Source: Octopus sinensis (Eukaryota). Taken from it: a DNA stretch of 64,000 bases. The notes beneath the pieces are model-generated. The model saw only the letters and a program-made list of their open reading frames with translations, did no database searches and had not been told where the DNA came from. Positions within the stretch are counted from its first letter, which is position 1, and each line of letters opens with the position of its first letter. Location of the stretch: positions 118,296,001 to 118,360,000 of the forward strand of contig NC_042999.1 of the NCBI RefSeq assembly GCF_006345805.1, given 5' to 3'. Shown one piece after another: positions 50,859 through 62,127 of the stretch. Position numbers and translations under genes: made by a program.

Positions 50859-51186
50859 GAAGGCACAGGTTTCAGTGGTTAGAGCATTGAGCTTATGATT
50901 GTGAGGTTGAGAGTTCGAATCCCAGACTGGGCTGTGTGTTGTATTCTTAAGCAAGACACTTTATTTCACATTGCTCCAGTTCACTCAGCTGTAGAAATGA
51001 GTTGCAATGTTACAGGTACCAAGCTGTATCGACCTTTGTCTTTCCTTGGATAACACTGGTGGCATGGAGAGTGGAGGCTGGTATGCATGGGCAACTGCTG
51101 GTCTTCCATAAACAACCTTGCCCGGACTTGTGCCTGGGAGGGTAACTTTCTAGGTGCAATTCCACAGTCAGTCATGACTGAAGGGG
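50859..51186 (+). mobile_element. SINE with the C-type head/core and a distinct tail (subfamily D)
   Basis: agtggttagagc..gttcgaatccc (B box)..gcaagacactttatttcacattgctccagttcactcagctg. Confidence 0.85.
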
Positions 51187-51224
51187 TTCTCAGCAATGTA
51201 TGGTAGGGATGGCATCTGCTGAAA

Positions 51225-51625
51225 TTTATTGTGATGGTGATGAGCACATAGTACACCTGGGCAACCCGTGAAATACTTAAAGACTGGTGAGACACTATCA
51301 TGGTATCTTTGTACAAAAGTAAAGGTCCAAATGAGAACTGTAAAAGATAGTGTGGCATTGCTTTGTTGGCAGTGGCAGAAAAAAAAATCATTGCTGTGAT
51401 ACTTCTGACAAGGCTAAATGCCCACATTACCAGATTCTCAGTGTAGCTTCAAACCAAACTGAAGTAGAGCAGATATGATATTCATGGATAGACAAATTCA
51501 GAAAAGGTGTTTTGAACAACGGCAATGCCTTTAAAATGAAAGTATTTGACACTACACTGTGAAATACTTTGGCATTTAAAATGCTATCTAAAATTTACAA
51601 CAGCTGTTTTGGTAGAATTTTATTA
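51225..51625 (+). mobile_element. RTE/BovB-like RT N-terminal fragment
   Basis: DTIMVSLYKSKG..CGIALLAVAEK..LLTRL..PDSQCSFK..DMIFMDRQIQKRCFEQ. Confidence 0.8.
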
Positions 51626-51788
51626 ATGCATTTATAGAAGATTAATCTTCGAGAGATGAGGAGGAGAGGGTGGGAAATAGATAGATAGATAGATAGACAG
51701 ATAGAAAGACAGACAAACAGATAGATAGAGAGAGAGAGAGTGTGTGTGTGTGTGTGTGTGTGCAAGGAAGAGAAAGAGAGAGAGAGAG

Positions 51789-51820
<32 letters not shown>

Positions 51821-51840
51821 CAAGGAAGAGAAAGATTTAT

Positions 51841-52330
51841 GCATGGCTGTGTGCCTAAGAAATTTGCTTCCCAATCACATAGGTTTGGATTCAGTTCCAC
51901 TGGATTGTACCTTGGTGAAGCATGTAACTTAGTGGTTAGGGTGTTGAACTCATGGTCATAAGATTGTGATTTCAATTCCTGGACCGGGCAATGTATTGTG
52001 TTCTTCAGCAAAATACTTCATTTCAAATTGCTCCAGTCCACTCAGCAAAAATGAATAATCCCACGATGGACCAGCATCCCATGCAGTTGGGGAATATATG
52101 GACCATGGAAATTGGGAAACTGGGCCTTATGTGTTCGTATGACTCAAGAAGGAAGTTTTACCTCTTTTTTTAACTGTGCCTTGGGCTGACCAAAACCTTG
52201 TTAGAGGATTTGGTAGATGGAAAATGAAAGACACCTTGTATAAATGTAGATAAATGTGTGTGTGGTGTGTCTATGTGTGTATGCGTGTGTGTATGGATGT
52301 TGTGTCTGCCAGTCTTGACATCACAAAACA
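51841..52330 (+). mobile_element. Old SINE A interrupted by a SINE E copy (~51920-52170)
   Basis: A-type head and gggctgaccaaaaccttg body flank cttagtggttagggtgtt..ttgctccagtccactcag. Confidence 0.7.
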
Positions 52331-52663
52331 ATATTTAAATAGTATCACCATCATAAAAGTGGAGCTATTCCTTTCTAACACTTCTGGGAACATATTCAGC
52401 CCTGAAGGGAAAATACCTTGCTTAGAAAAAGCTTGGATAAAGAAAGCACATCTACCCATAGAAAATATGCCTCAACCAATTCTTTTTGACTCATGTATGC
52501 ATAAGAATGTGGATGTTAAAATGATAATGATAATGATGATAAAAATGATGATGATGATGACAATGATGATGGTGATGATGATGATGCTAATGGTGATGAT
52601 GATGAGGTTACATATATTTTGTTTTACAATTGAGTGAAAATGAATTCAATACATAAAATGGAG

Positions 52664-52731
<68 letters not shown>

Positions 52732-53064
52732 ATATATATAAAAGCTACAAGAATGGTTAAAGGGCCTAGATATTCATAGCAAGATACTTATCTGTTTCAA
52801 TTCTGATTAGGTCTTGACATGCAACTCTTGTAATTCTAAGATAATAATATATGTATGTATGCTTGAGTGTGTGTGAGTATGTCTTTTGCTGATGTATATT
52901 AGTGAAGGCTATAAACATCATAAAAGATAACAAAAAAAAATGGGTGGAGTTCACAAACAATATTTTTTACTGTATTTGTTATGTATCAAGTTAGAGATTC
53001 CATTGCTGCATTTCATGTGAGGAATATGATGAACTAGTCTACTGGAAACCTGTAACCAATAATA

Positions 53065-53566
53065 TCATCATCATCATCATCATCATCATCATTTAACGTC
53101 CGCTTTCCATGCTAGCATGGGTTGGACGGTTCAACTGGGGTCTGGGGAGCCCGAAAGCTGCACCAGTCCAGTCAGATCTGGCAGTGTTTCTACAGCTGGA
53201 TGCCCTTCCTAACGCCAACCACTCCGAGAGTGTAGTGGGTGATTTTATGTGCCACCGACACAGGTGCCAGACGAGGCTGACAAACGGCCACGCTCGGATG
53301 GTGTTTTTTATGTGCCACCGACACAGGTGCCAGACGAGGCTGGCAGACGGCCACGCTCGGATGGTGTTTTTTATGTGCCACCGACACAGGTGCCAGACGA
53401 GGCTGGCAGACGGCCACGCTCGGATGGTGTTTTTATGTGCCACCGACACAGGTGCCAGACGAGGCTGGCAGACGGCCACGCTCGGATGGTGTTTTTATGT
53501 GCCACCGACACAGGTGCCAGATGAGGCTGGCAAACGGCCACGATCGGATGGTGCTTGTTACGTGCC
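53065..53566 (-). mobile_element. RTE 3' UTR copy with five 62-63-bp tandem repeats
   Basis: (ATC)n tail and tttaacgtccgctttccatgctagcatggg. The unit gccaccgacacaggtgccag recurs at 53251, 53314, 53377, 53439 and 53501. Confidence 0.9.
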
Positions 53567-54189
53567 CAATAATATACTTCTTAAAAAAAATTTCTTCAAA
53601 AATTGTAATATAAAATATGTAAATAAATAATAAATGACACATGTATCATTATAAAAGGCATACAGGCATTACAAATATGTATGAAAAATTCACATACTAT
53701 TAAAAATAGTACAGGAAATTTCACTCTATGAAGGTTGTTGAATATTTTATTGACATTGTATATTACTGGTACTTCTTTCATTCACTCAAAGAAGGGCGGA
53801 AAGTGAAGTCAATAAGACTAAGCTCAGAAAAGAATGGAACTAAATTCAGTATCTTATTTTGTTTAAGAGTTTATGATATTTACTGTCTATCTTCTCATAA
53901 GGTGATAACAGTGATGACAATGTGGTTATGGTTGTGGTATTGATGACTGTAAGCATGTTCTGGGATATGTCAATTGACATAAATAAATTAGGGCTTATCA
54001 ACCAGATATTGTTACCAAGGAGAGGAAAGGAAATTCTGCCTGATTGAAAGATAAATCTCAACAGCTGATGATATATCTTAAAATGAAATAGGGGAAATGT
54101 TTGTAAATAAAAGGTTATAAGTATATTAAACGAAATTTTATTTATATATAAATATTTTGTCAATCCCCAGGTATTGAGAGCAGATCTTC

Positions 54190-54385
<196 letters not shown>

Positions 54386-54404
54386 ACTTTTCATCATCAT
54401 GACC

Positions 54405-55105
54405 ATCACAATCATCATCATATCATCATTTAATGCCCGTTTTCCATACTGGCCTGCCAGAGTGCTGGCCTGCCATGGAGCTAGCCTGTCAGGGAGCTGG
54501 TGACTAGACTCCAATTGTCTGTTGTGGTATGGTTTCTGTAGCTGGACGCCCTTCCTAACACCAACCACTTAACAGAATGTGCTGGGTACTTTTTATGAGC
54601 CACCAGCAAAGCTGAAATTTACACGGCACCAGCATGGGTGCATCTTATGTGGCACCTGCATCCATAAAGGACAAACCTCTATGTATGGATGACAATAATT
54701 TTAAATAGCATGGCACATCTTCTCAAGCACAACTCCTGGTCCCTTGTAATTTCCTGAGTGAGTCCCAGCAATTGAAGATCCTTTCTCACCACTTCCTTCG
54801 TCTTGTTGGGTCTTCCCCTTCCACAAGTTCCCTCCACAATTAGAGCTCAGCATTTCTTTATGCTGCTGTCCTTATCCATACTTATCACATAACCAAACCA
54901 ACACATTCTTCTCTTTTGCACCCTACATCTGATGCCTCTTATACCCAATTTTTCTCTTAAATCACTTACACTCAGTCATGAATGTACACTGACATTGCTT
55001 GTCCAGGAGAGCATGCTAGCTTCATTTCTTTCAAGCCTTCACAAGTCCTCTGTAGTCAAAACCCATGCTACACTGCCATGTATCATAGCTGTATGAACAC
55101 AGGTA
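54405..55105 (-). mobile_element. Older RTE 3' fragment
   Basis: Aligns by eye with 57242-58190 (gctagcttcatttctt, cttccacaagttccctc, cccttcctaacaccaacca). Confidence 0.8.
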
Positions 55106-55140
55106 TCTGAAAATATGTTTGTAAGTAGGTTTATTTGAAG

Positions 55141-55192
<52 letters not shown>

Positions 55193-55268
55193 AAGGAATT
55201 AAAGGTAATGCTAATGCTACTTCATAATAATCCTTATTATTATTATTAGTAGTACTTATATGTATATA

Positions 55269-55560
55269 CAGGGTATGGCAGAAGTAGTGCCCTTTTTATT
55301 TAGTAATTTTTATAGTACAAAAATTTATTACAGTAGTTAAAGAAATGAAAGTAAACCAATTAATGAAAATAAATTGCAGTAGTTTTAAGAACTTTATTAA
55401 GTATTGCACCATCAAAATTATGTAATTCATTATGATAAAAAATTTAATAAACATGTTCAAAATGCTCCCCTTTGTTTTCAATACAATGCTGAACCCTACA
55501 AGCAACACTTCTACAAACCTCTTGATACATTTCTACGTTAATTGCAGAAAATTTATCAGA
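55269..55560 (-). mobile_element. 3' end of a Tc1/mariner-superfamily element
   Basis: TA-CAGGGTATGG terminus at 55267-55278; the minus frame RVQHCIENKGEHFEHVY* (55446-55497) resembles transposase C-termini. Confidence 0.6.
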
Positions 55561-55880
55561 AATTGTGGATCTTTACTTTTTGATCTACAGATTTAAAAAA
55601 TAATTTTTTGTAACTAAATACTTTCAAACTTCAGACACTGGTAGAATGTGTCATATAAAACATCTTTTACTTTTTAGCATTTTTGAGAAAAACTTGTATT
55701 TACGAAGTAATTACATGTTAAAGTAGTCCTATTTCGGTAATTTCAACCAATCAATGACATGTATTCAAATGAATAAAATTACTGCCATTATTTGTCAACA
55801 ACAACTATCGGCGGTGTATTTTTCGTTTGTCACTGTTATTTATGATATCGTTTGTGTGTTGTACTGGTTTCATCTTTAAG

Positions 55881-55926
55881 GTTTTAGGGTTCGGGTTTTA
55901 GAGTTAGGGTTTTAGGGTTAGGGTTT
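55881..55926 (+). repeat. Degenerate telomere-like (TTAGGG/TTTTAGGG) tract
   Basis: gttttagggttcgggttttagagttagggttttagggttagggttt. Confidence 0.85.
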
Positions 55927-55945
55927 CCCCAAGACACCTGATGAA

Positions 55946-55991
55946 GACACCTGATGAAGGCTGGAGGGTATATCAGCCGAAATGTTGTGTT
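55946..55991 (+). ncRNA. Minimal type I hammerhead ribozyme motif (canonical core)
   Basis: gacac CTGATGA a ggctg-gagggtatat-cagcc GAAA tgt t gtgtt. Helix I is acac/gtgt, helix II 5 bp, helix III ATGT (ACGT-like) and the triplet GUU. Confidence 0.82.
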
Positions 55992-56805
55992 AACGACAAA
56001 CAAAATGAGGACAAATATCCGTCAAATGTAAATGATGTACATAATTCCTCATCTCTTAAATATAGAACTGTAAAACCAGTCACTGACTGAATGTATATCA
56101 TGAAGTGAAGACAATAAGGACATTTTTCTTATTTCATTTTACAACATTTATATCCTTCACTGATGTTTATCAATAATGCGCCTGTGCATGTGCATGCGCA
56201 CACACACACAATGGGTTTGCATAGAGTTTTTGGTCAATCAATTTCCATTCACAAGATATTCATCAACATGTGACTATGGTTGAACAAAGATACTTACTGA
56301 AGGAACAGCACAGTGAAATTTGATCCAGAGCAATGTAGTTCTGAAGGCAATCTTTTCACCATGTGTCCTTTAAGAATATTTCTTCTATAACTTTTTATTC
56401 CCAGTATAAAGACTTTTAGAGTGCAATGAAAATTCTTAAATTTAGACATATATTTATAGAACCACTTTTATTTAGACGAACAATTAAAATTGCATGCAGA
56501 AATGAATGACTAAATTTTTCAACAGAAAATTTTGATTAAATTAATAAATGTTAAACGCAGCACTGACAAAAACAGCAGCTCAACACTAAAGGAATCAAAT
56601 ATACACAATAAAATCTATTTCAGTAAATTTTGGCTTTATATTCTATAATCTTGTCACACTAAAAAGATCCTATAATGGTTTAAGGGTGATTAGTTGGAAG
56701 ATTGAGAAGTTCACAGTGAAGATTTTTTTGTTTAGTTTTTAAAATTATATATATATATTCCTATTTTTTCCCATATAAAAATTATTGCTTAGTAATAGAA
56801 ACAGA

Positions 56806-57065
56806 TGGAGGCGCGTGGCTTAGTGGTTAGGGTGTCAGCATCATGATCGTAAGGCTGTGGTTTCAATTCCTGGACTGGGTAGCACATTGTGTTCTTGAGC
56901 AAAATACTTCATTTGACGTTGCTCCAGTTCACTCAGCTGGCAAAAATGAGCAACGCTGCAATGGACTGGCGTCCTGTCCAGCTCGGGAACACATACACCA
57001 TTGAAACTGGGAAGCCGGGCCCATGAGCCTGGCTAGGCTTTGAAAAGGGCGCATTTATTTTATTC
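56806..57065 (+). mobile_element. SINE subfamily E, full length
   Basis: ggaggcgcgtggcttagtggttagggtg head; 12-bp TSD aat(a/g)gaaacaga at 56794-56805 / 57066-57077. Confidence 0.9.
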
Positions 57066-57241
57066 AATGGAAACAGAACTGTAGGAAGCCAGACTTGTTA
57101 AATAAATAATTTCTTGTGATATTGATATATATTTCTAGACATGCTGAATTTCATTGATGTCTTGCTGATTTTAAAGAGTAAAGGAGACATTAGTACATTT
57201 TCCTTTAACGAAAATATACTCCTATTCAATCAAGAAGTAAT

Positions 57242-58510
57242 ATCATCATCATCATCATCATTTAGCGTCCGTTTTCCATGCTAGCATGGGTTGGACGGTT
57301 CATCTGGTGTCTGTGAAGCCGGAAGGCTGCATCAGGCCCAGTCAGATCTGGCAGTGTTTCTACGGCTGGATGCCCTTCCTAACGCCAACCACTCCGCGAG
57401 TGTAGTGGGTGCTTTTTACGTGCCACCCGCACAGGTGCCAGACGGAGCTGGCAAACGGCCACGAATGGATGGTGCTTTTACGTGCCACCGGCACGGGGGC
57501 CAGGCGAGGCTGACAACGGACATGAACAGATGGTGCTTTTACATGCCACCGGCATGGGGGCCAGGCGAGGCTGGCAACGGCCATGAACGGATGGTGCTTT
57601 TACGTCCCACCGGCACAGAGGCCAGACAGGGTGGCGCCGGCAATGACCACGATCGGATGGTTCACTTAACCACAGCTGCAATTTCCACTGATGTTGATCG
57701 ACCTCAATTTTGGTTCTGCTTTCTGATATCTGATTTGATTTGGTTTGATTTTGATTTTGACTGTTCTCACTGGTCTTGCCGGGTCTTCTCATGCACAGCA
57801 TACTTCCATAGGTCTCGGTCTCTAGTCATTTCCTTGGTAAGACCTAAAGTTCCATGGTCGTGCTTCACCACCTCGTCCCAGGTTTTCCTGAGTCTACCTC
57901 TTCCACAGGTCCCCTCAACTGCCAGGGTGTGGCACTTTTTCACACACCTATCTTCATCCATTCTCACCACATGACCATACCAGCGCAATCGTCTCTCTTG
58001 CACACAACAACTGATGCTTCTTAGGTCCAACTTTTCTCTCAAGGTACTTACACTCTGTCGATTATGAACACTGACATTACACATCCATCGGAGCATACTA
58101 GCTTCATTTCTTGCGAGCTTACGCAAATCCTCAGCAGTCACAGCCCAAGTTTCACTACCATGTAGCATGGCTGTACATACACATGCACCATACAGTCTGC
58201 CTTTTACTTTGAGCGAGAGGCCTTTTGTCACCAGCAGGGGTAAGAGCTCTCTAAACTTTGCCCAGGCTATTCTTACTCTAGCAGTTACACTTTCAGCACA
58301 CCCGCCCCTGCTACTTCTAGTTTTTCTCCCTGGAACATGATAGAAGTTGCTCCTGAGCATCTGCCACAGACAAAAACTATTTTCCTAGTTAGTCTTCCTT
58401 TGACATTACTACCTCTCTTATGTGTCCATAGCTTACATTTGGTGCATCTTATAGAGTTTCTACCTACGCCTTTTCTACAGATCAAGCAAGGCCATCTACC
58501 TGAAGGTATA
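57242..58510 (-). mobile_element. 5'-truncated RTE-clade LINE
   Basis: CLICRKGVGRNSIRCTKCKLWTHK..VCGRC finger, then AWAKFRELLPLL, MLHGSETW, RRLRWYGHVVRM and RKTW. 3' UTR with ~61-bp repeats (57409-57661) and a (TGA)n tail. A short deletion removes the YLG segment near 58315. Confidence 0.95.
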
Positions 58511-58794
58511 TTAAAAGAAATTTCCACTTTACCACATTAAAGACTACTTTGATTGTAAATGTTTAATGAGAAGAGTGGATACTTCTCAAAGAACAATTAG
58601 TGAATAACAAGTTACTAATTCAAATTTCTTGAGTGGATAACTGTAACAAAAGTCATAGAAAGTTCATGTGTAACTATTATAAACAAAGTCCTTCATACAC
58701 AGAAATGCACATATTTATGGTTGGCTGAATATTGAAAAATTGTTGGTAAAAAACAGTGAAATAAATAGCATTGATATATAACAAATTATGAACT

Positions 58795-59376
58795 TCTTCA
58801 TTCATTTACTGGTTTCAGTTATTGGACTGTGCTTATGTTGAAGCACTATCTTCAAATGCTTTAGTCAATTATTCATATCAACCCAGTACTTAATCTAGTA
58901 CTTATTTTATCGGTCTTCTTGTATTGAATAACTAAGGTGTAGGAGTGGCTCATGGTTCTTGGTTCAGTCCCACTGCATGGCACCTTGGGCAAGTGTCTTC
59001 TACTATAGTCTTGGGCTGACCAAAGCCTTGTGAGTGGATTCAGCAGGCAGAAACTGAAAGAAGCCCGTCGTATATATGTGTGTGTGTGTGTGTGGTTGTG
59101 TGTCTGTTTTTCCCCCTCCCCCCAAACATCGCTTGACATCTGATGCTGGTGTGTTTATGTCCCCGTAACTTAGTGCTTCGGCAAAAGAGACTGCTAGAAT
59201 AAGTACTAGACTTACAAAGAATAAGTCCTGGGGTTGTCGATTTGCTCAACTAAAGGTGGTGCTCCAACATGGCCACAGTCAAATTACTGAAGCAAGTAAA
59301 AGAGTAAAAGAGTAACCTATATTTAAAGAATTTCTTCCTTATAGTGATACTGGTATATACAAGTAAAAATACACAG

Positions 59377-59408
<32 letters not shown>

Positions 59409-59580
59409 TGGGCTTTCTCATAGTTTCTATCTACCAAATTCCACTCCATAAGTTATTCCTAAAATGGAAGCTCTTGTAGAAGATTTTTGCAAAAGACACC
59501 ATACACAGTGGAATCCAATTCACAAGTACATAGCTGAGAAACTAACCTTATAAATCATCCAACCATATCTGTGCCTTTTG
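58795..59580 (-). mobile_element. Old minus-strand SINE A split by a younger plus-strand SINE A
   Basis: Minus pieces at 58795-58940 and 59360-59580. Confidence 0.65.
58940..59316 (+). mobile_element. SINE family A with a short deletion in the head
   Basis: taggagtggctcatggttcttggttcagtccc...aaaagagtaaaagagtaa. Confidence 0.9.
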
Positions 59581-59708
59581 TGCAACTCACCAACTGCAAA
59601 AAAATTAAAAGAAAGATGATTCATATGATTTATGAAGGAAAGTGATATAAGAAATTTATAAGAAACTAATTATGTTGAAAAGAAAGTGGAGACCTTTACA
59701 GGGAGATA

Positions 59709-60086
59709 TATTCTTTTCTACTCTAGGCACAAGGCTCGAAATGTTTGGGGAGGGGCCCAGTACACAACTGGTACTTCATGTATCGACCCTGAAAGGATGA
59801 AAGGCAAGTCGACCTCAGCAGAATTTGAACTTATAATGTAAAGACAGACAAAATACCCATTTATTTACTACCCACAAGGGGCTAAACACAGAGGGGACAA
59901 ACAAGGACAGACAAACGGATTAAGTTGATTACATCGACCCCAGTACGTAACTGGTACTTATTTAATCGAGCCCGAAAGGATGAAAGGCAAAGTTGACCTC
60001 GGTGGAATTTGAACTTAGAATGTAACAGCAGACAAAATGCCGCTAAGCATTTTGCCCAGTATACTAATGTTTCTGCCAGCTCACTA
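59709..60086 (-). mobile_element. SINE family B, dimeric form
   Basis: Same two-monomer layout as 9816-10213, reverse complemented. Confidence 0.9.
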
Positions 60087-62064
60087 TTTCTGACAGTTTG
60101 TGGTGTTTATAGAGATTGTGAGACAAATGAGATTGGTGCTGGTTATAGTCTGATTAAATGGTTACAAGCCAACAACTACAAGAAAGACATGAACAAGGAG
60201 AGAAATCTAGAGATCTGTTATCCTAGGATTGAAGGACTAGGTATGATGGCTAGGGCAGACACTTGAATAGTGAGATGTAATATGTGTGATAAGAGGATGA
60301 GAGGTGAGTGAGTTGGGAGTGGCTGAGTGGAGATTGCATGAGACCAGCCAGTTAAGAGGACACTAGCTTGTAATAGCAGAAGAAAAGGCAGAGAGAAAGA
60401 GAGAGAGAGGTGGGGAACAGCATTTCTGTTGGCAAGAAGCAGAGACATGTTCATAACTTGATGTCAGTCAATCAAGAGCTGTTACTCTGGATGCAGCCAA
60501 ATATGACAAAATTTCTAAATATGTAGTAAGAGGATTTAAAGTTAATCAAGGCTTTAAATGGCCTTCATTAATTCAGTGTCCATTCCTCAAAAAATGTATT
60601 AAACTGCTTAGTGAGTAAAGAACCAGGATTACGTAATTTGTAAGCGTTTGTGTAAAAAAACGTTATCCAGATGCTGTTGACTGGCAATAGATACACATTC
60701 CACGATACAATAGTGAGCCTCTGTTTTCTGTTTTAAAATGATACTTATAATGTTTTGTTATTCAAGAGAAGTATTTTCATTTTGAGAAATAGAAATGTGT
60801 CCTTGAGGATATTAGTAGAAAACTGTAAGGAAATGCAAGTTCTAAAATTATGCAATAATGTGAATAACAAGTGGATATACTGAGTTTGAAACCTTATAGA
60901 ATTACATCAGTATAACTGGAAATTTGATGGGAGCATATGCTAAAGTAGTCAATATGACTCTCATTCTTGTAGAAGACTTATAATATGGCTTTGAAATTGT
61001 GTAGAATGTTACTATAGTGAATATTGAAGATTGGATTGTGATTTGATAAACAATTTATGAATGTCATCTGATTGTTGTTGTTGTTATTGTTATAATTTAT
61101 TATTGTGAATACAACTTCTCTGACTTGCATTTCTCTGGAAATCTACCAGTGGGTGTTGAATTATCTGAAAGTATATATTCCTAGTAAAAACTTATTGTTA
61201 AATTCTAGCTGATAACTAAGAAAATCATTTAAAATTCCATTTGATCTTAACTAAATAATAATTAGAATTTATCTCATTGAAACTACTTCACTTCGTTATA
61301 AAAATATCATATTGCTTAGATTCCTAATTGAATTGTTTTAAAGTAGAAATAAAGAGACTTAGCAAAAATATGTCTGATGGCCAGCGGTGATTAAGAAGTT
61401 ATCAATCATCAATTTAAAGGAGTTCCAGACTCTAAATGGAAATTTAATTTGAGATAATAGTGAAAATTATTCCAGGATATTCAGAAATATCAAAAGTAGA
61501 TCAATCACTACAACATGAGTCTTTCATGAGCCAAAATGGAAATATCTTATAAGAACTAATGTTTCTTTCTGTAATCATTCATTTTCTCTTACAGAAAAGG
61601 TGTCTGATAACTACTTTTGAACAATTATGGATTGTTAATAAAATCTCCAAACTACAACAACTTTATCTCATATTTGAGAAGCAATTTTATTTCTAATGCT
61701 TTGCTTTTAAGACGCCTGTAAATAAGTTTTTTATGTAGTTTACACATTTAAAGCAATTACATCTGCAAAGGTTTTTCCAGCAGGTGATTCATTCTAGCTG
61801 GAGTCAGGGAACTTGCTTGAAATTGATGAAAAATATCACAATCCTTGGAAACCTAGTTTTGATATGAACAATGTTAAAAATGATGTTCATCCACAAGAGA
61901 GGAAGAAAGTAGCAACTGATAATGGGAAAAATATTTTGAAATAGAAGCTTGCTATGTTAGTTCACTATTATATGTGAGGTTAATAGATCTTGTGCTGGGA
62001 TTTCTATGAAATTTCTATGGTAATGTTCTCATTAGTAATGTTATCTCAAAATATACTTTCAGTT

Positions 62065-62076
62065 TGTGTGTGTGTG

Positions 62077-62125
<49 letters not shown>
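62065..62125. repeat. (TG)n(TA)n microsatellite
   Basis: Directly visible. Confidence 0.97.

Positions 62126-62127
<2 letters not shown>

Noticed and set aside
53243-53566. Regular ~62-bp repeats resembling a CRISPR array
   Set aside because: Units are contiguous with no unique spacers, there are no cas genes, and they lie in a eukaryotic RTE 3' UTR.
55881-55926. TTAGGG tract as a true telomere or fusion point
   Set aside because: Short, degenerate, single-orientation and internal, with no head-to-head array.
57291-57974. 227-aa plus-strand ORF
   Set aside because: Antisense to the RTE 3' UTR repeats and ORF2 end; a by-product of GC-rich repeats.
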